Assembly (NCBI GenBank): GCA_050950285.1
Contig: JBMNHG010000003.1
Span: forward strand, 616,337 to 680,336
Direction: 5' to 3'
Length of the DNA: 64,000 nucleotides
From: Kiritimatiellia bacterium
Lineage (GTDB): Bacteria > Verrucomicrobiota > Kiritimatiellia > RFP12 > JBMNHG01
Shown in pieces: positions 39,183-49,928 of the stretch (position 1 is the first letter of the stretch; the number at the start of each line of letters is the position of its first letter). Under the pieces are notes generated by a model. That model made no database searches. It was not told the origin of the DNA and was given only the letters and a program-made list of their open reading frames with translations. The position numbers and the translations under genes are program-made.

Positions 39183-40577
39183 ATGCACTACCTCAGCACT
39201 CGTGGCGGCGGCGCGCCGCTTTCCTTCAGCGACGCGGTCCTGACCGGCCTGGCCCGCGACGGCGGGCTCCTCCTCCCCTCCGCCTATCCCGATGTGCGGG
39301 GACGTCTTGCCGATTGGCGGGCTCTCCCCTACCCGCAGCTCGCCTTCGAAGTGATCCGCCTTTTCGCCGACGATCTCCCGGAGGCCGAATTGCGCGGCAT
39401 CGTCGAACGCTCCTACGCCGTCTTCTCCCATCCCGAGGTCACGCCCGTCGTCCCCGTGGGCCCCGTCCACATCCTCGAACTCTTCCACGGCCCCACCCTC
39501 GCCTTCAAGGACGTCGCCCTCCAGTTCCTTGGCAACCTCTTCGAGTTGCTGCTGAAGAAGCGCGGGGGCCGCCTGAACATCGTGGTTGCCACAAGCGGCG
39601 ACACCGGCAGCGCCGCCATCCACGGCATCCGCGGGCGCGAGGCCATGCGCATCTTCGTGCTCCATCCCGATGGCCGCGTGAGTCCCGTGCAAGAGTTGCA
39701 GATGACCACCGTGCTGGACGCAAACGTCCACAACCTCGCCATCGACGGATCGTTCGACGATTGCCAGGCCATCGTGAAGGGGCTTTTCGGGGATCTGCCC
39801 TTCCGCGACCGCCACTCCCTCGGCGCCGTCAACTCCATCAACTGGGCCCGCGTGCTCGCCCAGGTGGCGTATTACTTCTACGCCGCCTTCCGCACGATGG
39901 ACGCCACCGGCGCGGACCAGGTGCGCTTCGCCGTTCCCACCGGAAACTTCGGCGACATCTTCGCCGGCTATGTGGCCTGGCGCATGGGCCTGCCCATCGA
40001 CAAGCTCGTCCTTGCCACGAACGAAAACGACATTCTCTCCCGCTATTTCACCACGGGCGTCTATTCGCGCGGCGCCGTCGTTCCCACCCTCTCGCCGTCG
40101 ATGGACATCCAAGTCGCAAGCAACTTCGAGCGCTACCTCTACCACCGCGCCGGCGACAATCCCGCCGCCGTCCGCGACGGAATGGAAGCCTTCCGTGCGA
40201 CCGGCGTCCTCGAAACGCCCGTCCCTGCGGGTGCGCCCGTCGATCCGCTGTTCCTCGCCGGCTCCGGCGACACGGCCGCCACGCTCGCCGCGATCCGCGA
40301 CTTCTGGACGCGCCACCGTTACCTTCTCGACCCTCATACGGCGGTCGGCGCAAGCGTCGCCCTCCGCAACCTCTCCGATGCCGCCCCCATGATCTGCCTC
40401 GCGACGGCCCATCCCGCCAAATTCGGCGGCGCCGTGGAGTCCGCGCTCGGCGAGGACATCGCGCGCCACCCTTCCATCGACGCGCTGAAGGGTCGTCCCG
40501 CCCGGCAGTCGCACCTTCCGGCCGACCAGCGCCGGGTGGCCGACTTCGTCGCCTCCGTCTGTGAAGGACGGTCCTGA
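39183..40577 (+). CDS. thrC: Threonine synthase
   Basis: YLSTRG, ELFHGPTLAFKD, ATSGDTGSAA, NSINWAR, PTGNFG, TAHPAKF. Confidence 0.96.
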   Translation: MHYLSTRGGGAPLSFSDAVLTGLARDGGLLLPSAYPDVRGRLADWRALPYPQLAFEVIRLFADDLPEAELRGIVERSYAVFSHPEVTPVVPVGPVHILELFHGPTLAFKDVALQFLGNLFELLLKKRGGRLNIVVATSGDTGSAAIHGIRGREAMRIFVLHPDGRVSPVQELQMTTVLDANVHNLAIDGSFDDCQAIVKGLFGDLPFRDRHSLGAVNSINWARVLAQVAYYFYAAFRTMDATGADQVRFAVPTGNFGDIFAGYVAWRMGLPIDKLVLATNENDILSRYFTTGVYSRGAVVPTLSPSMDIQVASNFERYLYHRAGDNPAAVRDGMEAFRATGVLETPVPAGAPVDPLFLAGSGDTAATLAAIRDFWTRHRYLLDPHTAVGASVALRNLSDAAPMICLATAHPAKFGGAVESALGEDIARHPSIDALKGRPARQSHLPADQRRVADFVASVCEGRS

Positions 40578-40658
40578 TCTCCTTCCCGCTCCATGCCGAT
40601 GTACGCATCGCCGTCGGTGTCCCCGCCGCTTCCCTTCCCATGAAGACTGGATAACCCC

Positions 40659-42533
40659 ATGAGCGCCTCTTCCGGAATCCGCGTGACCTTTGAACCGTCC
40701 GGGCGGACCGTGACCGTCCCCGTCGGCACGACCGTCCTCGATGCCGCCGCCCTCGCCGGGCTTCCCCTCCGCGCCCCGTGCGGCGGGGAAGGGACCTGCG
40801 GGAAGTGCCTCGTCCGGCTTCGTTCGGGCCTCCCCGTCGACAAGCCGCCGGCGCCAGACGCCTTCCTCGATGCCACGCGCATCGCCGACGGCTGGCGCCG
40901 GGCCTGCCGGACGCGCCTCGGGATGGACGCCGTGGTGGAGGTGCCCGCCTCCTCGCTCCAGGAAGACGCGCGGCAAATCCTCACGGCCGATGCGGGGGGC
41001 GTCCCCTCCGCGCCTCCCGCCGACCCCGCAGTGGAGGTGCTCGATCTCGAAATCGCCCCCCCGACACGCGAGGACGACCGTCCCGACGCCGTACGCATCG
41101 CCGCCGCCGCAGGCCGTCCCCTGCGCTTCCCGCGCGCCTTGCTCGCCACCCTTCCCGCCATCGCGCGCGCCTCGTTGCGCGATGCGGCCTGGCATCTTCG
41201 CGTGGCGGCTGTCGGCGACGAGGCGGTGGCCCTTCTCCCCGCCGCCGCAGGGGACGCATCCCGCGTGCTCGGCGTAGCGTTCGACCTCGGCACCACCACC
41301 GTGGTCGGCACGCTCGTCGATCTCGAATCCGGCGCGGAACTCGGCGTGGCCTCCGCCCTCAACGCCCAAATCCCCTTCGGCGACGACGTGCTCGCCCGCA
41401 TTCTCCGCGTGCGCGAACGCCCCGGCGGGCTCCGCGAACTGCGCGCCGCCGCACTGGACACCTTGAACGGCATCCTCGCAACGCTCCTTCCCGGGACATC
41501 CGCGAACGTCGCCGCCATCGCCCTCGCCGGCAACACCACGATGCAGCAGCTCTGCTGCGGAATCGACCCTTCGGCCCTTGGCGAAATCCCCTTCGCGCCC
41601 GCCTTCTCGGCGCCCTTGGAAGGCCACGCCGGCGATTTTGGATTCAACGTGAACCCCGCCGCACACGTCTTCGTCTTCCCGCAAGTCGGGGGATTCGTCG
41701 GAGGCGATACCGTGGCCTGCCTGCTCGCCTGCGACTTCGACCGCCGCGACAAGCCCACGCTGATGGTCGACATCGGCACGAACGGCGAAATCGCGTTGCG
41801 CTGCGCCGACGGCTCCATCCTCTGCGCCTCCACCGCCGCCGGCCCCGCCTTCGAAGGGGCCCGCATCTCGCAGGGGATGCGCGCCGCCTCCGGCGCCATT
41901 TCCAAGGTCGAGGTGCGCGACGGCGCCCTCGCCATCGAGGTCATCGGCGGCGTCCCCCCCGCAGGACTCTGCGGCACCGCGCTGATCGATACCGTGGCCG
42001 AACTCCTCCGCCATGGCATCCTGGACGAGACGGGACGCATCCTCGAAGCCTCCGAACTTCCGGACGACCTTCCCGGCGATCTTCGCTCCCGCGTGGTTGG
42101 CGAAGGGACCGACACCCGCTTCCTGCTCGTTCACGGCAATGCGGACGGCACGGGCGAGGTGGCGCTTCGGCAGCGCGATATCCGGGAACTCCAACTGGCG
42201 TCGGGCGCACTGCGGGCCGGCGTGGAAACGCTTCTCTCCCACGCCGGGATTTCACGGGACGACCTGGACGCCGTCCTCCTCGCCGGCGCGTTCGGAAACT
42301 ACATCCGCCGGGAAAACGCCTGCCGCATCGGGCTCTTGCCGCCTATCCCCGTGGAACGCATCCGGTTCGTGGGCAACGCCGCCAGCCTCGGCGCCAAGCA
42401 GGTGCTCCGTTCGCGTGGCGACCGTGCCCGCGCAACGGCCCTCGGCAGCCGCGCCGGCCACGTGGACCTGGGCACCGACCCCGGTTTCCAGACGGCCTTC
42501 GGAATGGCGATGCTCTTCCCGTCCGAAGCGTGA
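40659..42533 (+). CDS. ASKHA-domain 2Fe-2S protein (RACo-like reductive activator of corrinoid proteins)
   Basis: CGGEGTCGKC ferredoxin, DLGTTT, GGFVGGD, DIGTNGE, AAGPAFEG, LAGAFG. Confidence 0.9.
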   Translation: MSASSGIRVTFEPSGRTVTVPVGTTVLDAAALAGLPLRAPCGGEGTCGKCLVRLRSGLPVDKPPAPDAFLDATRIADGWRRACRTRLGMDAVVEVPASSLQEDARQILTADAGGVPSAPPADPAVEVLDLEIAPPTREDDRPDAVRIAAAAGRPLRFPRALLATLPAIARASLRDAAWHLRVAAVGDEAVALLPAAAGDASRVLGVAFDLGTTTVVGTLVDLESGAELGVASALNAQIPFGDDVLARILRVRERPGGLRELRAAALDTLNGILATLLPGTSANVAAIALAGNTTMQQLCCGIDPSALGEIPFAPAFSAPLEGHAGDFGFNVNPAAHVFVFPQVGGFVGGDTVACLLACDFDRRDKPTLMVDIGTNGEIALRCADGSILCASTAAGPAFEGARISQGMRAASGAISKVEVRDGALAIEVIGGVPPAGLCGTALIDTVAELLRHGILDETGRILEASELPDDLPGDLRSRVVGEGTDTRFLLVHGNADGTGEVALRQRDIRELQLASGALRAGVETLLSHAGISRDDLDAVLLAGAFGNYIRRENACRIGLLPPIPVERIRFVGNAASLGAKQVLRSRGDRARATALGSRAGHVDLGTDPGFQTAFGMAMLFPSEA

Positions 42534-42575
42534 TCCGGATTTCCGTCGCCCCGCGGCGCGCCGCGTTTCGCGTCT

Positions 42576-44273
42576 TCAAGGCCGCAGGGTCGCGACGATG
42601 CGGCTGTTGGCGTTCGGGCGCAAGGTGTGCTCGACGGCCTTGAATCCGCCGGGCAGCCAAAAGATGTCGCGCGTCGTGCAGGGATTCCGCGTCTCGACCC
42701 CGCACGTGCCCGCCACGACCGGAAGGATCAGGACGGGGTTCTTCGCGTCGGGTCCGCCACGGACGGTCATGTCCAATTTGACCGTCTTTTTGCCGAAGGT
42801 GTAGGCGAGGTCGAACTTGCGCGCGCGGACGGCGAGCGTCACGCAATGATCGGCGATCTCGCTGCGGACCACCACGTTCGGGTCGAGGCAGCTGACATAC
42901 CGCCGTCCCCCGTCCGACTCCAGCTCCAGGCGCGGGAGGAGCGGCGCATGCGGGAGGGCGCCAACCGGCAGCTGCATGTTCAGCGGCTCGACGAGCTCGT
43001 ATGCGTAGGTGGAGCCGGCGACGATCGGCCCGCGGTCGCGATGGTAGAGGAGCGTCATCGTGCCGCCCGAGGCATGCGAAAGCCCGGCCTGGAAGCCTCC
43101 CGTCGGGAAGTCGCTTGCGGTGATGGTCGCCAGGAACGGTCCGACGGCGACCTGGAAGGCGCCGAGTTCCGGATAGCGGCGGCAGCGCGGGCCCGGTTCC
43201 TCGCAGGGGAGCGTCATGACGCGCCCGTCCTCCTCCATCCCGAGCCGGACGGCGTCGGCGAGGGCCACCGCGTGGCAGAGCGAATGGTGCGTGCACGGGG
43301 GTTGCGACAAGTTCCGATAGCGGCGTCCGCCGTAGAGCATCCCGCCGCTGGTGCAGGCCTGGAGGAGCGAAAGATGGCGGCGCGCCGCGTCGCGGAAAAG
43401 CGGCTCGTCGCGGCCCAGGCGGGCCAGCGCGCCGAGGCATCCGTCCGAGGTGCGGCTCCCGTAGTAGGTCCATTTGATGTTGCGGGTGCCGATCGAGTTG
43501 TCGATGGCGCCATCGGGCAGCAGGAATTCGAGATGGGCGCGGAGGATGCCGGCAAGACGCTTCAGGAGCGGCGCGTCGTCCAGCGCGTCGGCGGCCTCCA
43601 CGAGGTTGGGGATGGACTCCTCGAGGTTGTAGCCGATGTCGATCGGGCGGCAACCGCGCGTGGAGACGGCATCGTGGGCGCCGCCTTCGCCTGCGAGGAA
43701 GCCGTTCTTCGTGACGTGCTCCAGGCAATAGGCGACGAGTTTGCGCGCCTCTTCCACGTAGCCGTCGTTCCCGAAGAAGGTCCCGCACGTGGCAAGGACG
43801 CAGGCCGCGGCGGCCATGTAGTTGATGTTCGCGTCGAGGCGCGGGGGCAGGCGGAAGGTCTCGAAGACCCACGCGGCTTCGGAACGCAGGCGGGTCTCGA
43901 CGCGCGACTTGAGATCCTCGTCCATCGCCTCCCCGCAGAAGCGGAGGGCCTTCCAATACCCGATGGCCGAAAACACCGTGGTGCCCGTCCAAGGGCTGTT
44001 GAGGTCGTTGTACGCGGCGCCATCCGGCTGGAGGATGCGGCGGTGCCAGTCGAAGACGAGTTTCGCGGCCTCGAGGTAGGCGGCGTCGCCCGTACGCTGG
44101 AAGAGGAAGAGAAGGGGGTAGAACGCGTTGTCCGCGCGTCCGTGGATCACCGAGCAGGCGGGACAGAGGAAGCCGCCGTCGTGCGGCGATCCGTAGCCGC
44201 GGATTTGCAGCCGGACGAGCCCGTCGCACCAGTCCTTCAAGAGGGCTTCCGCGGAAGATGGAGAATTCGCCAT
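42576..44273 (-). CDS. Hypothetical protein with a probable alpha/alpha-barrel (glycosidase/lyase-like) N-terminus
   Basis: 565 aa; CPACSVIHGR, YLEAAKLVFDW, DIGYNLEES, KWTYYGSRTSDG; host codon usage. Confidence 0.6.
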   Translation of the reverse strand: MANSPSSAEALLKDWCDGLVRLQIRGYGSPHDGGFLCPACSVIHGRADNAFYPLLFLFQRTGDAAYLEAAKLVFDWHRRILQPDGAAYNDLNSPWTGTTVFSAIGYWKALRFCGEAMDEDLKSRVETRLRSEAAWVFETFRLPPRLDANINYMAAAACVLATCGTFFGNDGYVEEARKLVAYCLEHVTKNGFLAGEGGAHDAVSTRGCRPIDIGYNLEESIPNLVEAADALDDAPLLKRLAGILRAHLEFLLPDGAIDNSIGTRNIKWTYYGSRTSDGCLGALARLGRDEPLFRDAARRHLSLLQACTSGGMLYGGRRYRNLSQPPCTHHSLCHAVALADAVRLGMEEDGRVMTLPCEEPGPRCRRYPELGAFQVAVGPFLATITASDFPTGGFQAGLSHASGGTMTLLYHRDRGPIVAGSTYAYELVEPLNMQLPVGALPHAPLLPRLELESDGGRRYVSCLDPNVVVRSEIADHCVTLAVRARKFDLAYTFGKKTVKLDMTVRGGPDAKNPVLILPVVAGTCGVETRNPCTTRDIFWLPGGFKAVEHTLRPNANSRIVATLRP

Positions 44274-44399
44274 GTTTCGTCCCTTGACCCCCTGACGGAA
44301 TCCTTGTCTCCGAATCGACGAGGGCGGGCCGCGGGGGAGGTGGCGGCACGGCGGCGTCGATCCGGCGGCATGCCGGGGAGGCATGCGTCCGATGCGACG

Positions 44400-44667
44400 A
44401 AAGGCCGATGAATCCCTGGCACACGCTGCTTCACGATAGGGGCAGTGTAGGGTGGCCGTTCATCGAAAGTCAACGAAAAGCGCTCGGGCAACGCGGCGGA
44501 GCGCCTCGTGCGGCCCGCCGCCGTGTCCTGCGTCCTGGGCTGGCGCGTCTTCTGGATGACCCTGCTCAACGGCACGGACGGTTGCGCGCCGGCGCCGACG
44601 GTGTCCACCGCCCGGGAGCGCGCCATGCCCGGCAAAATGGCGCCGGAGATGCGGGGGTAATTGAAGG
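44400..44667 (+). pseudogene. Possible internally deleted IS4-family (Tn5-like) transposase remnant
   Basis: Frame from 44523 reads [17 protein letters not shown], recalling the C-terminal xxWRIFWMTMLNR motif of IS4-family transposases; ends GGTAATTGAAG; similarity recalled from memory, left boundary approximate. Confidence 0.3.
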
Positions 44668-44806
44668 TGCCGCCAGCCGAATGCGGATTTGCGGATTGCC
44701 CCGGCAAGGAATTGTCCCCGCGCTGCCGATGTGTTACACTGTTCCCCGATTCCGGACTCCGCACGGGCGGACTCGCCCCTTCCCCGCCCAATCGACCTTT
44801 GACACG

Positions 44807-45823
44807 ATGGAACGCCTCAGCGACCAACTGAACCAGCGCAACGTTTCGTTCGACAACAACCTGCGCCCGACCCAATTCGGCGACTTCGTCGGACAGGACA
44901 AGGTGCGCGAACGCCTGCTCCTCGCCGTGGAGGCCGCGCGGGCGCGGGGCGACACGCTCGACCACGTGCTGCTTTCCGGCCCTCCGGGCCTTGGCAAGAC
45001 CACCCTGGCCTTCCTCCTCGCCGAGGCGATGGGCGTTCACATGCGCACCACCTCGGGCCCGATCATCGACAAGCCGGGCGACCTCGCCGGCCTGCTCACC
45101 AGCCTCGAGCCGGGCGATATCGTCTTCATCGACGAAATTCACCGCATGCAGCGTTCCGTCGAGGAATACCTCTACTCCGCGATGGAGGACTTCGTCCTCG
45201 ACATCACCATCGACCAAGGCCCCAACGCCCGCACCATCCGGCTGGATCTCCCGCATTTCACGCTGGTGGGCGCGACCACCCGCGCGGGGCTCATCTCCGC
45301 GCCGATGCGTTCGCGCTTCGGGCTTGTAAACCGCTTGGACTACTATCCCGCGACAGACCTCGCGAAGATTGTCGCCAACTCCGCCGCCCGCCTCGGCGTG
45401 ACGGTCGCGGAGGACGGTGCGTTTGAAATCGCCCGCCGTTCCCGCGGCACGCCGCGAATCGCGAACAACCTCCTCCGGCGCGTGCGCGACTACGCGCAAG
45501 TGCGGGCCGACAACCGGATCACCCCCGAGGTGGCGGACAAGGCGCTCTCGATGCTCGAGATCGACCCCGCCGGCCTGGACGAGATGGACAAGCGCCTGCT
45601 CGAGACGATCGTCTACAAGTACGGGGGCGGCCCCGTGGGCGTCGCGACCCTCGCCGTCGCCGTGGGCGAGGAACCCGACACCATCGAGGAGGTCTACGAG
45701 CCCTACCTCATCCAGGAAGGGTATCTCGACCGCACCCCGCGCGGGCGCATGGCCACGCCGCTTGCCTTCAAGGTGGTGGGCGCGCCGGTTGTCGGCCGCC
45801 CCGGCGAGCTTCCCCTGGGGTGA
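44807..45823 (+). CDS. ruvB: Holliday junction branch migration helicase RuvB
   Basis: [47 protein letters not shown]...RTPRGR; TTGTCC-17-TACACT upstream. Confidence 0.97.
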   Translation: MERLSDQLNQRNVSFDNNLRPTQFGDFVGQDKVRERLLLAVEAARARGDTLDHVLLSGPPGLGKTTLAFLLAEAMGVHMRTTSGPIIDKPGDLAGLLTSLEPGDIVFIDEIHRMQRSVEEYLYSAMEDFVLDITIDQGPNARTIRLDLPHFTLVGATTRAGLISAPMRSRFGLVNRLDYYPATDLAKIVANSAARLGVTVAEDGAFEIARRSRGTPRIANNLLRRVRDYAQVRADNRITPEVADKALSMLEIDPAGLDEMDKRLLETIVYKYGGGPVGVATLAVAVGEEPDTIEEVYEPYLIQEGYLDRTPRGRMATPLAFKVVGAPVVGRPGELPLG

Positions 45824-45899
45824 TCGCGGACTGCGGGGGCGGCGAATCCCCCCTTGCGGCCGGTCGCCGGCGGACGGCGGTGCGCCCGTCGCGTACGCT

Positions 45900-46922
45900 T
45901 CAGCTTCGGACCGCGCGGATGATGTGCGGTATGACGGTCGCGAGGTCGCCGACGATCCCGTAGTGGGCGATGCCGAAGATGGGGGCGTCCCGGTCGGAAT
46001 TGATGGCGAGGATTTTCGCGGACTCCTCCATGCCGGCCCGGTGCTGCACGGCTCCGGAGATGCCGCAGGCGATGTAGAGCGCGGGGCGCACCGTGGTGCC
46101 CGTCTGGCCGACCTGGTGGTCGGCATCGACGTAGCCCAGATCGACGGCGGCGCGGCTCGCGCCCACGGCGCCGCCGAGCGCGGCGGCGAGATCGTGGATC
46201 AGCTGGAAGTTCTCGCGGCTGCCTACGCCCGCGCCGCCCGCGACGATGATGCGGGCGCCCTTGAGATTCACCGTGCGGGCGCGGCGGACGCTTTCGAGCA
46301 CCTCCACGGGGAGGGACGCGGCGTCGAGTTCCGGAACGATGCGCACGACCTCGGCCTTTCGGGCGGGGTCGGCGGCGGGCATCTTCATCACGCCCTCGCG
46401 CACGGTCGCCATTTGCGGCCAGGCATGCGGGTTCACGATGGTGGCGATGATGTTCCCGCCGAAGGCCGGCCGGATCTGCAGGAGCAGGTTCGGGAAAGAG
46501 TCGCCCGTGCGGGCGTCGGCGTAGTCCCCGATTTGCAGGTCGGTGCAATCCGCCGTGAGGCCGCAGCGCAACGCGGAGGCCACGGTGGGCGCGAGGTCGC
46601 GTCCGAGCGGCGTGGCGCCGAAGAGGCAGATTTGCGGCCGCCGGTCGCGGAGGAGGTCGCAGACCACCTTGGCGTAGGCGGCGGTTTGGTAGCGTTCAAG
46701 GGCGGGGGAGTCGATGGCGTACACGCGGTCCGCGCCATGTGCGCCCAGGGTGTCGGCGAGGGGTGCGGCACCGCTGCCGGGAAGCACGGCGGCGAGCGGG
46801 ACGCCGAGGCGCGCCGCGAGGTCGCGGCCCTTGCCGAGGAGTTCGAGCGAAACGTCCGAGAGGGTGCCGCACTCCTGTTCTGCGTACACCCATACTTCGC
46901 CTTGTCGATGGTCGTAGGTCAT
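45900..46922 (-). CDS. etfA: Electron transfer flavoprotein alpha subunit
   Basis: GLTADCT, RPAFGGNI, QMATVR, GASRAAVD, QVGQTG, GISGAVQH. Confidence 0.95.
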   Translation of the reverse strand: MTYDHRQGEVWVYAEQECGTLSDVSLELLGKGRDLAARLGVPLAAVLPGSGAAPLADTLGAHGADRVYAIDSPALERYQTAAYAKVVCDLLRDRRPQICLFGATPLGRDLAPTVASALRCGLTADCTDLQIGDYADARTGDSFPNLLLQIRPAFGGNIIATIVNPHAWPQMATVREGVMKMPAADPARKAEVVRIVPELDAASLPVEVLESVRRARTVNLKGARIIVAGGAGVGSRENFQLIHDLAAALGGAVGASRAAVDLGYVDADHQVGQTGTTVRPALYIACGISGAVQHRAGMEESAKILAINSDRDAPIFGIAHYGIVGDLATVIPHIIRAVRS

Positions 46923-46945
46923 GGGGAAAACTCCGGACGGTAAGG

Positions 46946-47854
46946 TCAGCCGAGGGTGTGGGAGGCAACGAGTTCGGCGACGAGTTCGCCCACGCCGGCG
47001 GCGTCCGGCGGGAACTCCTTGTAGTCGCCTCCGGCGAGAACGACGGATTCGATGCGGTGCACCCGGGTGGGACTGCCCGCGGCGCCGCAATTGGCGAGGT
47101 CGGCGCCAATCCCGTCGAGGTTCCATTGTTCGATCAGCAGCCCCTTTTCGCGAAGGGCGTCGCAGCGCGAGGCGGCTTCGGCGGCGCGGGCTTCGGCGGA
47201 GGCCCCGGGCATGGCGGCTTCCACGGCCTTTTCGACTTCCGCCGGGGCGAGCGCCTTCTTGAACCGGAAAATGCGGCGTGCCGCAGGGGGGCGGGGATGA
47301 TTGGCGGATTCGACCACCGTGAAGAGCGCGGGGAGGCGGGCGCGAACCCGTTCCGTGCCGTTCCCGAGGTTGCGGCGAACGATGGCGGCGCCGTCTTCGA
47401 GCGACAGTTCCTCGAGATAGGTCACGAGGGTAAAGCCGAGCTTCTCCGCGATTTGCGGCCCTGTCTGGGCGGTGTCGCCGTCGATGGCCTGGCGACCGCA
47501 GAAGACGAGGTCCGGCTCGAGCCTGCGCAACGCGCAGGAGAGGATGTAGCTTGTGGCGAGGGTGTCCGACGCCGCGGCCCGGCGGTCGGTGACCAGCACG
47601 GCACGGTCCGCGCCCAGGCAGAGCGACTCGCGCAGGATGGCGCTGGCGGCGGGGAGGCCCATCGTGAGCACGGTGACCGTGCCGCCGTGGGCGTCGCGGA
47701 CGCGGAGCGCCTCCTCGAGGGCGTGGAGGTCGTCCGGGTTGAAGATGGCGGGCAGGGCTGCGCGGTTTACGGTGCCGTCGGGCTTCATGGCATTGCCCGT
47801 GACGCGCTTCGTATCCGGAACCTGCTTGATGCAGACCACGCTATGGTAGGACAT
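46946..47854 (-). CDS. etfB: Electron transfer flavoprotein beta subunit
   Basis: VCIKQVPDT, NPDD, SDTLATS, GRQAIDGDTAQ. Confidence 0.95.
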   Translation of the reverse strand: MSYHSVVCIKQVPDTKRVTGNAMKPDGTVNRAALPAIFNPDDLHALEEALRVRDAHGGTVTVLTMGLPAASAILRESLCLGADRAVLVTDRRAAASDTLATSYILSCALRRLEPDLVFCGRQAIDGDTAQTGPQIAEKLGFTLVTYLEELSLEDGAAIVRRNLGNGTERVRARLPALFTVVESANHPRPPAARRIFRFKKALAPAEVEKAVEAAMPGASAEARAAEAASRCDALREKGLLIEQWNLDGIGADLANCGAAGSPTRVHRIESVVLAGGDYKEFPPDAAGVGELVAELVASHTLG

Positions 47855-47867
47855 GTCGGGAACCTCC

Positions 47868-48302
47868 TCAGGGTGAATCAGACGGGATGCCGCCCACCAT
47901 GCAGACCCATTCGGCTTCGGTGGCGACGTTGCCGTCGACCAGCGCCTTGCCGCGTTGGCAGAGGATGCGTCTGGTGCTTTTGAGCGTCTCGATTTCGAAG
48001 GTGATGGCGTCGCCGGGACGTACCGTGCGGCGGAATTTGGCGGAGAGGATGCTGGCGAGCAGGATGCCGGAATCCGGACGGATCCGGCCCGCCTTTGCCA
48101 GTCCGGCGCCGCCGCATTGGGCCATGCATTCGACCATCAGCACGCCGGGCACCACCGGGAATTCCGGGAAGTGGCCCTTGAAGATGGGGTTTGCGGGGTT
48201 GAAGCGGTAGGTGCCGACGAAGTGCGTCTCATCGACGACTTCGACGGAATCGACGAACAGGAACGGATCCCTGTGCGGAAGGAGGGTTTCGATTTCGGAC
48301 AT
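47868..48302 (-). CDS. fabZ: 3-hydroxyacyl-ACP dehydratase
   Basis: LPHRDPFLFVD, FKGHFPEFPVVPGVLMVECMAQ. Confidence 0.9.
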   Translation of the reverse strand: MSEIETLLPHRDPFLFVDSVEVVDETHFVGTYRFNPANPIFKGHFPEFPVVPGVLMVECMAQCGGAGLAKAGRIRPDSGILLASILSAKFRRTVRPGDAITFEIETLKSTRRILCQRGKALVDGNVATEAEWVCMVGGIPSDSP

Positions 48303-48304
48303 GG

Positions 48305-49126
48305 TCAGGAATCCTGTCGGGGGGCCGGCACGGGTTCGGCGTCCGGCGGTGTTTCGGCGGGGCCGGGGAGTTCGCGGAGGGCGCCTTCGCCGTCCTCGGG
48401 GGCGGGGGTTTCCGCGGGCGCGTGAACCTTCGCGTCCGCAGGCTTGGGGGGCTCGTCCTCGTCCGGCTGTCGGGCGGGCGGCTGGGGTTTCGCGCGGCGA
48501 TGGATCGCGGCGCGCTCTTTGGGCTTCGAGCGCTGGAGCGTCGGGTCCATGTCGTCCAGCTCGTCCAGGCTCCGGAGCCCGAAATGGTCGAGGAAGGTCG
48601 CGGTGGTGCCGTAGAGGAAGGGGCGGCCGGGGAGGTCGGAGCGGCCTGCGACGCGGACGAGCCGCATCTCCATCAAGGCCCTGAGGATGTGGTCCACGGA
48701 CACCCCGCGGATGCCTTCGATCTCGGATTTGGCGATGGGCTGGCGATAGGCCACGATCGAAAGGGTCTCGAGGGCGGGATTGGAGAGGCGGCTGGGACGA
48801 TCCTGGCGGAGCAGGTTGCGCACCCACCGCCCCGTGGCGGCCTGCGTCTGGAAACGCCAGCCGGAAGCGACTTCGGCGAGCTCGAACCCGAGTTCCAGGC
48901 GGGCGATGTCCTTGCGCAGGTCGATCAGCGCGTCGCGGATGTCCGCCGTGGAAGCCTGGGCGTACAGCGCGGCTTCCGCAGGCGCATCTTCCGAGCGCGC
49001 GACCTCCTGGAGGCACTTGCGGATCCCGTCGGGGGACAAGTCGCGGTCCTGGCCGAAGACCAGCGCTCCGACCACCTGCCGCAGACTCCCCGCAACGGGA
49101 AGGGAAGAGGCTTCGCTATGCTCCAT
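48305..49126 (-). CDS. scpB: SMC-Scp complex subunit ScpB
   Basis: LSNPALETLSIVAYRQP, IEGIRGV, GRPFLYGTT..FL..FGL. Confidence 0.95.
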   Translation of the reverse strand: MEHSEASSLPVAGSLRQVVGALVFGQDRDLSPDGIRKCLQEVARSEDAPAEAALYAQASTADIRDALIDLRKDIARLELGFELAEVASGWRFQTQAATGRWVRNLLRQDRPSRLSNPALETLSIVAYRQPIAKSEIEGIRGVSVDHILRALMEMRLVRVAGRSDLPGRPFLYGTTATFLDHFGLRSLDELDDMDPTLQRSKPKERAAIHRRAKPQPPARQPDEDEPPKPADAKVHAPAETPAPEDGEGALRELPGPAETPPDAEPVPAPRQDS

Positions 49127-49919
49127 GGATCTCCACCAAAGGGGTGTGGGAACGCGATTCCCGCAACGAAGCCGAAATCACGATCTCGCTGAACGGACTG
49201 CCCTGGCTCACGCGCACGAGATGCTGCTTCAGAAGTTCGAGCAACGCAAGGAAGGTGACGATGACTTCGCCCCGCGGGGAGTCGGATGTGAAAAGCGTCG
49301 AGAAGGCGACGCTGCCATCGGCCTCCACCTTCGCCTGGATGTCCGCCATCTTGTCGGGGACGCTCCAGAGGATGGGCTCCAGATGGCCCAGCGGAGAGAC
49401 GGGCGCCCGGGAAAGCACCTCCTGGAAGGCCGCGAGGAGGTCGAAGAGCCCCACGTCGGCCAGCAGATGGGAATTCCCGTCCATGTCCGGCGGAGGAACG
49501 GCGAGTTCGCCGCCGAACAGGAAACTTTCGTTGCGGAGGGCCTCCCGATGCTGGAGACGGGCCGCCGCATCTTTGAATTTCTTGTACTCGATGAGCTGCC
49601 GCACGAGATCCAGGCGCGGGTCCACGCCCTCTTCCTCCTCGTCGTCTTCGGGGCGGTCTTCGACGGGAAGGAGCATGCGGCTCTTGATCATCATGAGCGT
49701 GGACGCCATCACGAGGAATTCCCCCGCGATGTTCAGGTCGAGCATCTTCATCGTGTCCAGATACGCCATGTACTGGGTGGTGACGTGCTCGATGGGGATG
49801 TCGTAGATGTCCAGTTCGTCCCGCCGGATCAGGTACAAAAGAAGATCCAGCGGACCTTCGAAGACTTCGAGGTCCACCTTGTATTCCCGGGTGGAGACGG
49901 CTTGGAGGGGAGGCGACAT
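49116..49919 (-). CDS. scpA: Segregation/condensation protein ScpA
   Basis: FEGPLDLLLYLI, AGEFLVMA, KSRMLLP, FLALLEL. Confidence 0.95.
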   Translation of the reverse strand: MSPPLQAVSTREYKVDLEVFEGPLDLLLYLIRRDELDIYDIPIEHVTTQYMAYLDTMKMLDLNIAGEFLVMASTLMMIKSRMLLPVEDRPEDDEEEEGVDPRLDLVRQLIEYKKFKDAAARLQHREALRNESFLFGGELAVPPPDMDGNSHLLADVGLFDLLAAFQEVLSRAPVSPLGHLEPILWSVPDKMADIQAKVEADGSVAFSTLFTSDSPRGEVIVTFLALLELLKQHLVRVSQGSPFSEIVISASLRESRSHTPLVEIHGA

Positions 49920-49928
49920 GAATCGTTA

